Shown piece after piece: positions 54,572 through 64,000 of a stretch of DNA of 64,000 nt. The translations under genes were made by a program, and so were the position numbers. The notes beneath the pieces are model-generated. The model was not told where the DNA came from. It did not search any database and saw nothing but the letters and a program-made list of their open reading frames with translations. The stretch's first letter is position 1; each line of letters begins with the position of its first letter. The DNA lies in IMG/VR virus record IMGVR_UViG_3300047557_002430, positions 23,089 to 87,088 of that record, one strand, 5' to 3'. The DNA is from a virus.

Positions 54572-55069
54572 TCACTTAACTTCCATAAAAAACCTACGCA
54601 GGAAATGTCCATTACGTACAGTTAAATTTAAAGTCTTCTGATTTGTACTGGCATCTTCGTATGTGTTAAAGATTAACGCGTCTTCTGGTTTTTTAGAATA
54701 GTCTACGACTTTATTATTTGTTAGCATAGTTTTTACATATCCTCCTGCAGGAGCTACGATTATCCAAGCTTCCCGAAACCTTAAATGGGTTAGTGAGGCC
54801 ACTTCGGTTTCGGAATAAAGCTTTTTGACTTTGTTTATTTTAGTCTGGCTGGTAGAATAGCTAGGATTACTATTTTTCTTAATAGTTCTTACGATTTTAT
54901 TTTCACGTTTCAGTTTTCTCGCGGTGTTTGCTGCCTTTAATGGGGAGTCAAACTCTTCGTCAGTAAGATACAGAGTGTTATCACCTACGATAACCCCTCG
55001 GTAACTGTTACCTACTTTTACGGTATAAACCTCTTTATCGAGATTAATTTCAAGTTTTACAAGTGACAC
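54572..55069 (-). CDS. Hypothetical protein
   Basis: 165 aa; AT-rich, basic. Confidence 0.55.
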   Translation of the reverse strand: MSLVKLEINLDKEVYTVKVGNSYRGVIVGDNTLYLTDEEFDSPLKAANTARKLKRENKIVRTIKKNSNPSYSTSQTKINKVKKLYSETEVASLTHLRFREAWIIVAPAGGYVKTMLTNNKVVDYSKKPEDALIFNTYEDASTNQKTLNLTVRNGHFLRRFFMEVK

Positions 55070-55138
55070 AGTTTTTGTGATGCTGGCCGGAGTTTAGCTT
55101 GTATTTGGTCAGGGCGCTCGCAGGGAAACCGCCATTCG

Positions 55139-57034
55139 TTATTTAGCTGCCCACGAGTCGCCGACACTTGCATCGGCTGAGGCAGGCACCGTGGATAACA
55201 CAGTTTCTGCAGCATTAATCATAGTTGTTTCTAGTATTGTTTTATATTCTTCTGCTTGCTCTTGTTTAACTTCGAGCACCAGTTCGTCGTGTACACATGC
55301 AACGAGCCTTACGTCCTCATTTAAGTGCTGATTTAGGTTCGAAATCGCAATCTTCAAAATGTCAGCTCCTGAGCCTTGGATGAGTGTGTTTGCGCTACAC
55401 ATCATGGTTGCATCGTCGTAGCTGAGAAGTCTCCTTCTACCACAGGCTGTTCTGGTGTATGCCCAACCGTCTGCAACCAGGGCTGCCCTCTCTTGGTGCC
55501 ACTGTTTAAGCCTCGGATACGCAGCGTGGAAGGCGGTGTGTGCTACTTTTGCTTCCGATAGGGTGATGATCTTACCGCTTTGTGCGGCATAAGTTTTATA
55601 TTTTCTGTAGCCCATTCCATACAACAACGCAAAATTAAGTGTCTTTCCGTCCTGTCGCTCGTCCTTTGTAACGGCGTCGATCGGTTTTTTGTAGATGAGG
55701 CTTGCCGTTAGTGTGTGCAGGTCTATATCTTCTGTAAAAGCTTTTTTCATTTGAGGGATGTTGATTAACTCTGCGCCCAAACGAAGCTCAATCTGAGCCC
55801 AGTCGCAGATGACGAGTTTGTAGCCAGGGCTCGCCACGAAAACCTCTCGGAATTCTTTCGAGCGTGGAACCTGCTGAATGTTGATTCCGTAAACAGTTTT
55901 TTGTTTTGTCTTAGCTGTTTTTGGTGCTCCGCTGCTGGTAAACCTTCCTGAGTTAGCCCCGCATTGGTTATAACCCGAGTGTATTCTGTGTGATACAGGG
56001 TTTATGTTATCGATTAGTTTAGTTACGTGTTCTAGTTGAGTTTCGATTTTTGCTCTTTCTCTGTAGAGCATTAGTGTCGGGTCGTCGCTATCGAACTCCG
56101 CAAGAGCAACTTGATTTAGCGTCGGCTTTTTCGTTTGTTGATCGATAGGGATATCGATGCCGCTGGCTTCGAATGCCGCAATCAGTTGCGCCGTGGAGCT
56201 GGGGTTGAACTCCTTTAAGCGTTTTTTACCGATAGCAATGGTTCCGTCTGGGTTTCTTGGAAGCTTCCTATCAACAAATTGGATGCGAGAATCTAGATCT
56301 TTTACGAACTCTTCTGTCTTACGGTTCAGTGTTTCTTCGATTTTTACTTTTAGCTTTTTGAGTTTTTCTACGTCGATTGCAAACCCTGTTCGGCACATCA
56401 AAGCCACAGGGCGGATGCACTTGCTCTCGATTGAGTAAAGCCCCAGTAGGTTCTCTTCTTTTAATTCTTCGAACTGTTGTTTTGCAATCAGCGGAAGTAT
56501 CTTTACGTCCTTTGCGGCGTAAACAAGTTGGCTCTCTGTTAGGTCTTCTGAAGACCAGTCGCTTGTTTGTTCCTCTTTAGAAATCTCGATCTCCAATCTC
56601 CTTTCGGCGACTGCCTTGAGACCACAGGAGACGTCGGCAAAGTAGGGCTTTCTTGTTTTAGGCGCGATCTTTTTCTCTTTAAAGCCTGCTCTTAGGATTC
56701 GCTCTGCGATGTATGTGCAGAAAACGTTTCCTTTAAAATCGCAACCTATTGAGTACAGGAACTGTAAGTCGAAGTTAGCGTTGTGGCATACCATAGTCTT
56801 TCGTGTGACTATGTAGTCCACTAAGGGAGCTACGTTTATTCTCCACGCGTCGAATATATAAACAGGATCCTCCAAATCGTCCGTCGAAGCTGAGCAAATC
56901 TGAATAAGGCGAAGCTTAGCGATCCACGAGTCGAGCCCCGTGGTCTCGGTATCAAGCACAATCTTTTCGTAGCGCTCGATCTTGTTTAAAGCTTGCGCAC
57001 ACTTTTCGTTGGAATCGACAAGAACGAAGTTCAT
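55139..57034 (-). CDS. polA: DNA polymerase family A with 3'-5' exonuclease
   Basis: ExoI LDTETTGL, ExoII HNANFD, ExoIII YAAKD; motif A DWAQIELR, motif B R...K..NF...YG (Phe762 type), motif C VHDE. Confidence 0.95.
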   Translation of the reverse strand: MNFVLVDSNEKCAQALNKIERYEKIVLDTETTGLDSWIAKLRLIQICSASTDDLEDPVYIFDAWRINVAPLVDYIVTRKTMVCHNANFDLQFLYSIGCDFKGNVFCTYIAERILRAGFKEKKIAPKTRKPYFADVSCGLKAVAERRLEIEISKEEQTSDWSSEDLTESQLVYAAKDVKILPLIAKQQFEELKEENLLGLYSIESKCIRPVALMCRTGFAIDVEKLKKLKVKIEETLNRKTEEFVKDLDSRIQFVDRKLPRNPDGTIAIGKKRLKEFNPSSTAQLIAAFEASGIDIPIDQQTKKPTLNQVALAEFDSDDPTLMLYRERAKIETQLEHVTKLIDNINPVSHRIHSGYNQCGANSGRFTSSGAPKTAKTKQKTVYGINIQQVPRSKEFREVFVASPGYKLVICDWAQIELRLGAELINIPQMKKAFTEDIDLHTLTASLIYKKPIDAVTKDERQDGKTLNFALLYGMGYRKYKTYAAQSGKIITLSEAKVAHTAFHAAYPRLKQWHQERAALVADGWAYTRTACGRRRLLSYDDATMMCSANTLIQGSGADILKIAISNLNQHLNEDVRLVACVHDELVLEVKQEQAEEYKTILETTMINAAETVLSTVPASADASVGDSWAAK

Positions 57035-57044
57035 TTTTAGAGAT

Positions 57045-57076
57045 AAAAAAGGTGCGCCGTTTTGAGCGACGCACCT
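57045..57076 (-). terminator. Rho-independent terminator (minus strand)
   Basis: aggtgcg...cgcacct stem preceded by an A run on +. Confidence 0.65.
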
Positions 57077-57109
57077 GGAGTTTACCTTGGAACGGATGAA
57101 GCTAAACCT

Positions 57110-57904
57110 TCAGGAAACCTTCGCGGGGATTTGTGCTGCGAAGTTGCGGACGATGTACCGATCCAGATCCGCCCACATCTCCGCGAGCTGCTTCCCTCGC
57201 TCGGTGGCGCGAATCTTGTAGTAGACGCGCCGAGTAGCTTGCACAGACGGCGTGGGCTGGTCGACGTAGGGAGCTCCCACTGACAGGACGCGAACTTGCT
57301 CTAGCAGCTCGTTCCGAGTGCAGTACACAAGACCTTCACGTAAAGCTATATACATGGGGGATACGTGAAACGTTTTCTTGCGTTCGATCTTTCCGTTGTA
57401 ATCAATAGGGCTCAGCTTCCCATCGACATACTCAAAACCTCTAAAGAACTTAGAAGTAATCAACATGCGATCTTCGGCAAAGATAGTGTTTGCGAAATGA
57501 ATTGCCGTTTCCCTCAAGGTGAACCATTCTTTTCCTGCTGACATCTTCAGCAGCATCGCGACACCTGTTGAAGTGTACGAACTTGTTTTATTAAGGTAAT
57601 CAATGATGCTGTCGAGATCCTGTAGTTTCTTCGCAGGAGTTACAAGCGTAAGTTTTGGAGTTTCTTTTACCGGTTGAGGTTCAGTCTTTTTAGAGACTGA
57701 GATTTTCCAAGCCAGTGAAGCGAGGTTTTGGTCCCCCGTGGCAACAGCAGTTTGGAACAAGACATTTGCATCAAGTTCATTGATGTCAATGATTCGCTCC
57801 AGTTCGATTACTGAGTTAGAGCCTTTTCCTTTTGTGCTTTCGAGGAGGGCAAGAGCCTCCTCGGAATTGAGAGCAGTGCCTGCCAGGGAGAATTGGATGT
57901 TCAT
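57110..57904 (-). CDS. Hypothetical protein (possible winged-helix C-terminus)
   Basis: 264 aa; RRVYY...TERG.QL wing-like motif. Confidence 0.55.
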   Translation of the reverse strand: MNIQFSLAGTALNSEEALALLESTKGKGSNSVIELERIIDINELDANVLFQTAVATGDQNLASLAWKISVSKKTEPQPVKETPKLTLVTPAKKLQDLDSIIDYLNKTSSYTSTGVAMLLKMSAGKEWFTLRETAIHFANTIFAEDRMLITSKFFRGFEYVDGKLSPIDYNGKIERKKTFHVSPMYIALREGLVYCTRNELLEQVRVLSVGAPYVDQPTPSVQATRRVYYKIRATERGKQLAEMWADLDRYIVRNFAAQIPAKVS

Positions 57905-57981
57905 GTCAAAATGACGCGACTTGTCAAGGATAGAAAAGAGAAGGAGATAGGCAAGAGCCTACGGAGTATCTTAATGTTTCT

Positions 57982-58428
57982 TTAAGTTTTCTGCGTGACT
58001 TTAGAGATGCTTTTAAAAACTACATCTACGTTTAAGCACCAAGTATCTACGTCTCTACTTATTGCTGCGCTTAGCTCAGCAAAGTCAGCCTCTTCTAAAG
58101 ATATTGTTTCTTGTATAGACGTCATTTCGTCTGTGCCATAGAGCGTTTTTAAGTAAGGCTTTACGCTTATACCGATGTCATAAATAACACCTTGGTCTAT
58201 ATATTCTGATGTTCTTTCTGTTTTCGTTATTGAGAATAGGAGTTGCCTACTTAAGAATTCGATATGACAATCTTTAAAACGGTGAGTGTACTTACTCTCG
58301 TCACCTTTTTGTAAGTAAAGGTTTTGTATGCAGCGCTTTATCCATGTACTTAATACGTCTACTGAATCATTGTATCCACAGTACGCAGACTCGATTAATT
58401 TAATTTTTGTAGCTGCGTCGTTTTTCAT
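57982..58428 (-). CDS. Hypothetical protein
   Basis: 148 aa; AT-rich. Confidence 0.55.
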   Translation of the reverse strand: MKNDAATKIKLIESAYCGYNDSVDVLSTWIKRCIQNLYLQKGDESKYTHRFKDCHIEFLSRQLLFSITKTERTSEYIDQGVIYDIGISVKPYLKTLYGTDEMTSIQETISLEEADFAELSAAISRDVDTWCLNVDVVFKSISKVTQKT

Positions 58429-58465
58429 TGAATCAAGATCAGTAGGCGTGTCTAAGGGGCACTAC

Positions 58466-60016
58466 CTACCGGATGCAACGTTGAATAGCATCAATTGTAG
58501 CATCAGGGCTGTAGAGGTTTACAGAGTAAACTTCATCACTAAACTGTTTACAGACACTGGGTACTTCTGTATTGATACAGATTGTGTTCCATTGTGTTCC
58601 CGTTGTTTGTTTGAAGTGGTTTAGACGTCGAATAAAATTTTCGTGAACGTCGCTGTGCCCATCTGTAATCATCAGCACATCGGTGTGAGCATCCAGTTTG
58701 GCGCAATCCAGAGCGTGGGCGACCACAGCGTTAAAGCTGGTTCCTCCTCCTAGTGTCCAAGTTCCTACAAAGTTAAGTAACTCTGCGTTGTTCTTTCGGT
58801 CTCCCAGTAGTTCCACGGAGCCGTTGATACGGGTATCAAACAAGTGAATCTGTACTGCCCTGTTCTCTTTAAGAGCTTCCTCAGCAATTACAAAAGCAAT
58901 TGCTTTGCTCCATAATTCTGATTCTCCGTTCATCGAACCAGACACATCGATGTACATAACAATCGGACCCTTACCTACATCTTTTCTGTGCGCTGTGTAG
59001 TCTTTTGTGAGCAGTGTTTTTTGAGCATACTTCAGAGCGAACAAAGCTCTACCCTCTGGGCTGCCTGCGAGAGCAATTTCCGCAGGGAATGCCTTAGTGA
59101 TGTTGTCGCCGAACTGTGCTCCAGTGATCGATTCGTATTGATCTCGGATCTTTCGAGCCCTCTTTCTTTCGTTCCAAATCCGTCGGAGAGCACCCAGTTT
59201 CTTGATGAGCTTTTTAAGTTCTGGGTTTCTAGAAATTTTTTTAGCTAGCTCCCGCTTCTCCTGGAGGTTTGCTATATGCGAACCTTTCCCTTCCTGGTCT
59301 CCGTGCAGCGTGGACAAACCTTCTTGCGTCTCGTCGTTTGCTTTTACAGCCTTGTCGATAATTTTATGTGACTGGCTCTGAATTTTTTCCTTAGCTTCTT
59401 GAATAGCATCTGCGATTGCTTGGTTAAGTGCCTTTCCTTCTCGCCGAGCTTTATCCGCTGCTTCGCTGTCACCAGATTCAACAGCTTTCTTAAAACGTTC
59501 TCTGAGTTCCTGTAGCTTTTGTCCTGCTGCTGTTAATAGCTGAACGTTGAACTGGTTTTCTTCTATGGCTTCTTCGATTACTTTCGACAGCTCGTTCAGG
59601 ATGTTTACGGCATTGTTGCCTGCATTGAATTGATTCCCAACGCTTCGACGCAGTAGCTCAGGCCACGCCGCTGCTTGAGATAGATCTGACATTATGGAAT
59701 ACCAGATCCCGTTCTCTGGTTTATAACCCTCGGGGATTGCCGTTTTATCCCCGTCACACATCTTTCGAAAGTAATCCTCGAAGGCTTGTTCTGTAACTAA
59801 CCACTGAACATTGTCCGCGTTATACAGACGTTCGAACAGTTCCTTCCCGAAACGAGAAAGTTGTTTGATCTTGTAGTGGTCGATCAAGTATGTGACGCAG
59901 GGTCTTGCATCACGGATGAAGTCATTCCATAAGAAGTCAGCGAGCGCAGAACACGCAATGGTCAAAGGCTCATTCTCAACGAGCCGAATAATCTCGGTGT
60001 GTGTCGTGGTGTTCAT
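58466..60016 (-). CDS. VWA domain protein (ViaA-like)
   Basis: MIDAS YIDVSGSM, GGGTSF, MITDG; KGPIV; coiled-coil N-terminal region. Confidence 0.88.
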   Translation of the reverse strand: MNTTTHTEIIRLVENEPLTIACSALADFLWNDFIRDARPCVTYLIDHYKIKQLSRFGKELFERLYNADNVQWLVTEQAFEDYFRKMCDGDKTAIPEGYKPENGIWYSIMSDLSQAAAWPELLRRSVGNQFNAGNNAVNILNELSKVIEEAIEENQFNVQLLTAAGQKLQELRERFKKAVESGDSEAADKARREGKALNQAIADAIQEAKEKIQSQSHKIIDKAVKANDETQEGLSTLHGDQEGKGSHIANLQEKRELAKKISRNPELKKLIKKLGALRRIWNERKRARKIRDQYESITGAQFGDNITKAFPAEIALAGSPEGRALFALKYAQKTLLTKDYTAHRKDVGKGPIVMYIDVSGSMNGESELWSKAIAFVIAEEALKENRAVQIHLFDTRINGSVELLGDRKNNAELLNFVGTWTLGGGTSFNAVVAHALDCAKLDAHTDVLMITDGHSDVHENFIRRLNHFKQTTGTQWNTICINTEVPSVCKQFSDEVYSVNLYSPDATIDAIQRCIR

Positions 60017-60258
60017 GGGTGGATCGGATACATCCGAAGAAGTTGAACCTTTCGTTCTTCAACGAGATGAGCTGACGATACTGTAGAAGACACGCCGTTA
60101 CTCAGATGAACTTGGTAACAGTCGTGTCCTCTATCGTCCTGCTTATAAATAACGGCTACGCCGTCGGAATCAAAGCTCAGAGAATCATTTACTAAGTTCG
60201 CTGATTGCTCGGGCGAGGGTGTCACAGTGTGTTTGCAGGCTCTGCTGGAGTTTGACAC
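60013..60258 (-). CDS. Small hypothetical protein (start uncertain)
   Basis: VSSAHLVEE.K.QL motif; fills the gap between the AAA and VWA genes. Confidence 0.4.
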   Translation of the reverse strand: MSNSSRACKHTVTPSPEQSANLVNDSLSFDSDGVAVIYKQDDRGHDCYQVHLSNGVSSTVSSAHLVEERKVQLLRMYPIHP

Positions 60259-61372
60259 CAGTTGAGCGAGTTGTCACCGACATCCTGAAACGAGTGCCGT
60301 CAAGGATTTCTCCAACCTTATCCCTAACTGTTTGCATGTCCTTGTGATACTTACGGAGGTTGATAACAAAATCGTTCAGCTCTCCGATGCCTTTAGCCTT
60401 ATACCGATGAGCGTGAGCGTTGTACTCAGACATAATGCCTGCTGCAGCTCTCTTCGCATCATTAAACACGCGATCCGCCGTGGGTATTTCCTGCTCAAGG
60501 ACTTCGATGATCACTTCCTGATCTTCGCGTGTTTGGTAAACAATGTGCACCAAGCTATTGTGCATGTGATCAGGGAACAGTTCGTCGTCGCCCTGTACTA
60601 CAGCCCAAGCTTTTAAGAACTTGAGAATTTGAATACGTCGCCGGTCGCTGATTGTGATGTTTCGGCTGGCCAGCATCTCCCACACACTGTTAAATCGATC
60701 CAAGAACTCTTCAGATACTTTTAGGTTGTTTGCAGCAACCTGAAGCTCGGTAAGTTCTTCCAGGGAAAGGTGCTCGCCTACCGTGGGTCGCTCTACCAAA
60801 CCCAAGCCCCACTCATCTAGTTTCCGTTTTGAAACTGGTTTCTTCAGCAGATCTACAGTCGGACGAAACAGAAAGCGGTCAGCAAATGCCTGGAGCGACT
60901 CTTCATCAGGCCAGCTATTTGTAGCGGCTACGATGGATTGAATAGGAGTTTGAATAAGTTCTTTTCCGTTATTAAAGGTGCGTTCGTTTAGCAGAGTCAG
61001 TAGCGAATTTAAGATTGCGGAACTGCCTCGGAACAGCTCATCCAAGAAACCAATGTGTGCGTTAGGCAGATACCCGTCTGTGTCTCTTGTGTACTCGTCA
61101 TTAAGCAGTTTGGTTACTGCTACAGGCCCGAACACTTCGGATGGGTCTGTCGTCGGGGTCAGCAGATAACCGAAGTAATTTGCTTTGCTGATTCCGTTGC
61201 AGATGTTGCGCACCAGATCAGATTTACCTGTTCCGGGTACACCAAGCAGGAATGCGTTCTGCTTGCTTAGGAGTGTGGCGAGGAGTCCGTCGATTACGTG
61301 CTCCCTTTCCAAAGTGGCGTTATTAAGTGCGCCACGGAAGTTTTGAAGCTTGGCGAAGAGTTGGTCGTTCAT
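60185..61372 (-). CDS. ravA: MoxR-family AAA+ ATPase (RavA-like)
   Basis: GVPGTGKS, T.PSEVFGP, FLDELF, SSAILNSLL..LNER.F.NG, ATN, DRF..R, ISDRR. Confidence 0.9.
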   Translation of the reverse strand: MNDQLFAKLQNFRGALNNATLEREHVIDGLLATLLSKQNAFLLGVPGTGKSDLVRNICNGISKANYFGYLLTPTTDPSEVFGPVAVTKLLNDEYTRDTDGYLPNAHIGFLDELFRGSSAILNSLLTLLNERTFNNGKELIQTPIQSIVAATNSWPDEESLQAFADRFLFRPTVDLLKKPVSKRKLDEWGLGLVERPTVGEHLSLEELTELQVAANNLKVSEEFLDRFNSVWEMLASRNITISDRRRIQILKFLKAWAVVQGDDELFPDHMHNSLVHIVYQTREDQEVIIEVLEQEIPTADRVFNDAKRAAAGIMSEYNAHAHRYKAKGIGELNDFVINLRKYHKDMQTVRDKVGEILDGTRFRMSVTTRSTGVKLQQSLQTHCDTLARAISELSK

Positions 61373-62061
61373 TTTGAGTAAGCCTGCAGGATGGTTGAAA
61401 GATCTTGGTCTGAGGTTGTTGCTGTAGTGGGCGTAGGTGTCAAGCTATTGCAAAACTCTTTCCATTTCGCTTTAACTTCTTTTTCGTACTGCTCCTTATG
61501 GCAGTTAAATAACATTCCTTTAGCTGCGTCTGCTACATCTCCTAGTTCTGTTTTTAGTTGTGCATATCTTTCTTCGTCATCTACTTTCGTGTAGTTTCTT
61601 TTTATGTAATCAAGTTCGTCTAAAAAAACCAGTCTCCTTTTACTTCCTTCTTTAGATTCAGTTTTAAAAACCGAACCGTCGGACCCCGTGGCCAAATAAA
61701 GGTGATTGAGACTAGGCAGCGGCCGATCGTAATTAACTACCTGATACACGGAAGGGACTTCTATGTATTCTGGTTCTGTAGTCTTTACATACAAGCAGAA
61801 GTTTAGTTTTTCCTCGGTTATGTGCTGCTCTACACTTTTTCTAATGCGTTCACAAAGCTCCTTTACATCTGTATGTTTCAGTTGAGGTACGGGTATCTTT
61901 TGGTCATCTATAATTACCATTTCGGGCTCTATTAAAAAGTGGCCCGGACTGGAACCAGCTTTCTTGTAGTAAACCTGTATCTCTATAACTGTGTGCGATC
62001 CGTTTGCTTTCTTAATAGGGATGTCCACCAAATGAAACTTTGAAACCGTTTCCCTAGGCAT
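61369..62061 (-). CDS. Hypothetical protein
   Basis: 230 aa; coupled to neighbours. Confidence 0.55.
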   Translation of the reverse strand: MPRETVSKFHLVDIPIKKANGSHTVIEIQVYYKKAGSSPGHFLIEPEMVIIDDQKIPVPQLKHTDVKELCERIRKSVEQHITEEKLNFCLYVKTTEPEYIEVPSVYQVVNYDRPLPSLNHLYLATGSDGSVFKTESKEGSKRRLVFLDELDYIKRNYTKVDDEERYAQLKTELGDVADAAKGMLFNCHKEQYEKEVKAKWKEFCNSLTPTPTTATTSDQDLSTILQAYSK

Positions 62062-62278
62062 TGCTTCCCTCCTTTAAAAGAGAGTTCGGCCGTGGGAATG
62101 GAAGATACCCAAGCCCAATCCAGCATTCATTTTTAAGCAGTTTGTTAATCTCCATTAGTTTTCGGTGAGCTGTTTCAAAGTCAGTAAAGGTTACAGCCTG
62201 CACAATGTCATTTGTGTAGCTTTCTATATCTTTTAAGTACCCTACAGTGCATTCTATGGTGTGCACGAGACGATCCAT
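62054..62278 (-). CDS. Hypothetical protein
   Basis: 74 aa; TGATG-coupled. Confidence 0.5.
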   Translation of the reverse strand: MDRLVHTIECTVGYLKDIESYTNDIVQAVTFTDFETAHRKLMEINKLLKNECWIGLGYLPFPRPNSLLKEGSNA

Positions 62279-63492
62279 CAGAAGTCTGCCTCCTCAGTCG
62301 TGTTAGTTTCGTTGTTCTCGTTTACGTCAGTGATCTCCGCCAGGAGATCGTCAAGGTTGTCTCCAGCTGCGCCGATAAGCTCTTTGCGCTGATTGATTAG
62401 TTTCTTAAGTTGCTTAGACCGCTGTGCATAAACATCTAGCTCAAGGTTTGCATCCTTGATTAAAAGGTTTAGTGAGTTTGAGTTCTCGGCGTTTTTAATC
62501 CGGTCACACAATGTTTTGTATGTGGAGGAAAGAGCCAGAGATTGCTTGAGCGTGTCTAGTCCTTTAGATTGATCCCTAGAGTTAACTAGATTCTCAAGCT
62601 CATTCCTGATTTCATCTTGCACAGCAAAGAATTCTGTAGTCGCATTGTCCCTTACAGTTCGATCGGGCGACTGGATGTCACAACCTGATTTGTACAGTCG
62701 GTTAGAAAGATCTGCCAGGTTTTCGAAGCCAGGAACACTGTCGCTAATCAGCTTGAGTTTCTGAGCAGTTATCTGCCAGCTTCCGCGTTTCTTGTTGCCG
62801 CCTGTTTGCTGCCTCCCAATCTTCGACACGTGGCGAACATCAAGATCATCCAGAAGCTCAGCACTGATTTGCAGTGCTCTGTCTGCAGCGTTTGCTCTTG
62901 CGGCTTCTAAAACTTGCTGAGTGTTAATTTGATTCTCATACATCAGCAGCGAATTGAGATCACCGTCAATGGGTTTCTCCACACGCTCCATGGAAACAGG
63001 AAGTGGACCCAGAACAGAGACTCGGATGGGTGTTTTGTACTCATCTTTCGTCGGGAAGAATTTCATATAGGCATCAAAAGCCAACTTGAATTCATCTGAA
63101 TCGTTAAAGAGCGGTCGCAAAATACCTTCTGCTGTAGCTTGCCACGCCTCAAACTCCTGCTCCCACAGGTCTTTGAGTTTGTCGTTCGCATCCTGAGCAG
63201 CTTTCCGAATCTTCTTAATTAAGTCATTAGCCAAATGAAAGTAGGAAGAAGTGACAAAGTGAGAGTCACCACTATGAATGCAATAGCTGTCATAAAGTTC
63301 GCGCTGCATAACGCGAAGCGAATCAAGTTCTGCTTTAAGCGCATTCGAAAGGTTGGGACGCAGGCTTACCGTATTGTTGCGCTCAAGCGTATCAACGACA
63401 GATTGAGGAAGCTTCAGATCATTAAATTTGATCTGCACAGATTGTCGAACATCCGCAGAGATCGAGCAGGAAAGCAGATAGTGAGAAGTCAT
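62278..63492 (-). CDS. DUF3150-like coiled-coil protein
   Basis: N-terminal layout (LL...I ... DL.LP ... L..LR) and context upstream of MoxR/VWA. Confidence 0.5.
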   Translation of the reverse strand: MTSHYLLSCSISADVRQSVQIKFNDLKLPQSVVDTLERNNTVSLRPNLSNALKAELDSLRVMQRELYDSYCIHSGDSHFVTSSYFHLANDLIKKIRKAAQDANDKLKDLWEQEFEAWQATAEGILRPLFNDSDEFKLAFDAYMKFFPTKDEYKTPIRVSVLGPLPVSMERVEKPIDGDLNSLLMYENQINTQQVLEAARANAADRALQISAELLDDLDVRHVSKIGRQQTGGNKKRGSWQITAQKLKLISDSVPGFENLADLSNRLYKSGCDIQSPDRTVRDNATTEFFAVQDEIRNELENLVNSRDQSKGLDTLKQSLALSSTYKTLCDRIKNAENSNSLNLLIKDANLELDVYAQRSKQLKKLINQRKELIGAAGDNLDDLLAEITDVNENNETNTTEEADF

Positions 63493-63524
63493 TTGTGTTA
63501 GTTAAACAATTTGTTGTGATGGAT

Positions 63525-63559
63525 AAAAGAAGGAAACCCCTTCCTTTAAGGGGAAGGGG
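63525..63559 (-). terminator. Terminator/attenuator-like hairpin
   Basis: Minus strand ccccttcc-ccttaaa-ggaagggg followed by tttccttctttt. Confidence 0.6.
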
Positions 63560-63593
63560 TCGCGCTTCCAACTTGGGCTCCTCGCAGCCCACG

Positions 63594-63638
63594 AAAACGA
63601 TACAGGACTCGAACCCGTGGCACAAGCCCGGACCGTTT
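63594..63638 (-). ncRNA. Miniature tRNA-like element (acceptor stem + T arm, no D/anticodon arms)
   Basis: AAACGGT-CCG-GGCTTGTGCC-ACGGG-TTCGAGT-CCTGT-ATCGTTT: 7-bp acceptor-like stem and canonical 5-bp/7-nt T arm. Confidence 0.5.
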
Positions 63639-63670
63639 AAGATATCTAATACGTTGTATGTCTTTAGAGT

Positions 63671-63964
63671 TTACTTACGGAGTCGAGTAAAAGCTAGAAC
63701 GATGCGCTCTGTTTGTTCGTCACATTCGCCAGAGATAACCAGTTGCTCTGCCATGTGCTTGAGCTGTGTCTTTGCGAGCTTAAGCTCCTGCTCAAGTCGC
63801 TGGACTTTACTGGAGAGCTTTTCGAGCTTTTCGTGTGGAGTCGGTTTCTTGTGTACGCGTACAACGATGTTTGTATCGAACTCTGGAAACTTAAATCGAC
63901 TTTCGTTTCCGGCGAATATTCTCAGATCTAGTCCTTGGGATTCTGCGATGGTGACGTCACGCAA
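63671..63964 (-). CDS. Coiled-coil hypothetical protein (probably 5' truncated by window edge)
   Basis: Heptad region LEKL..KV.RLE.ELK; frame appears to continue towards the window end. Confidence 0.55.
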   Translation of the reverse strand: MRDVTIAESQGLDLRIFAGNESRFKFPEFDTNIVVRVHKKPTPHEKLEKLSSKVQRLEQELKLAKTQLKHMAEQLVISGECDEQTERIVLAFTRLRK

Positions 63965-64000
63965 AAGATTATCCTTGGCAGCTTCGTAAGGTACGCCAAA

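Noticed and set aside
63594-63638. Canonical tRNA gene
   Set aside because: No D arm, anticodon arm or CCA; kept only as a tRNA-like element
63495-63989. 164-aa + strand ORF at the window end
   Set aside because: Antisense to a plausible minus-strand gene and to the structured leader; no protein-like features
1-64000. Stop-codon reassignment or inteins in TerL, PolA or primase
   Set aside because: Genes tile densely in the standard code with all three stops; protein sizes are normal and no intein terminal motifs are evident

Overview
The whole window is a tailed dsDNA bacteriophage genome segment, almost certainly a lytic cyanophage: it carries two NblA-like genes, dps, speD and thyX, and genes mostly lack Shine-Dalgarno sites. 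The gene set recalls the freshwater S-EIV1-like lineage (inference, not searched). About 1-26.6 kb (+) is the head/virion module: terminase, portal, scaffold, major capsid, ejection-type proteins, interspersed glycosyltransferases and two antisense HNH genes. 26.6-29.8 kb (-) holds small DNA-binding and degenerate-enzyme genes, followed by an AT-rich noncoding strand switch at 29.8-30.15 kb. 30.1-45.6 kb (+) encodes fibre/appendage proteins, an exostosin-like GT, a sulfotransferase, SpeD, lysis genes and ThyX. 45.6-64 kb (-) is replication/early: D5 primase-helicase, exonuclease, SSB, PolA and a VWA + MoxR AAA + DUF3150-like module. Best candidate new system: a phage-encoded, proteoglycan-like virion glycosylation system, in which seven glycan-related enzymes co-occur with fibre/decoration proteins rich in Ser-Gly dipeptides that are absent from capsid and terminase. 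Also notable: a shared R-[MLFV]-A-G motif in six uncharacterised proteins, three catalytically dead HNH and two dead DNA-methyltransferase genes, a miniature tRNA-like element, a 506-nt dual-coding portal/scaffold overlap and a split DUF5872-like gene. All family calls come from motifs recognised by eye; no database searches were run.
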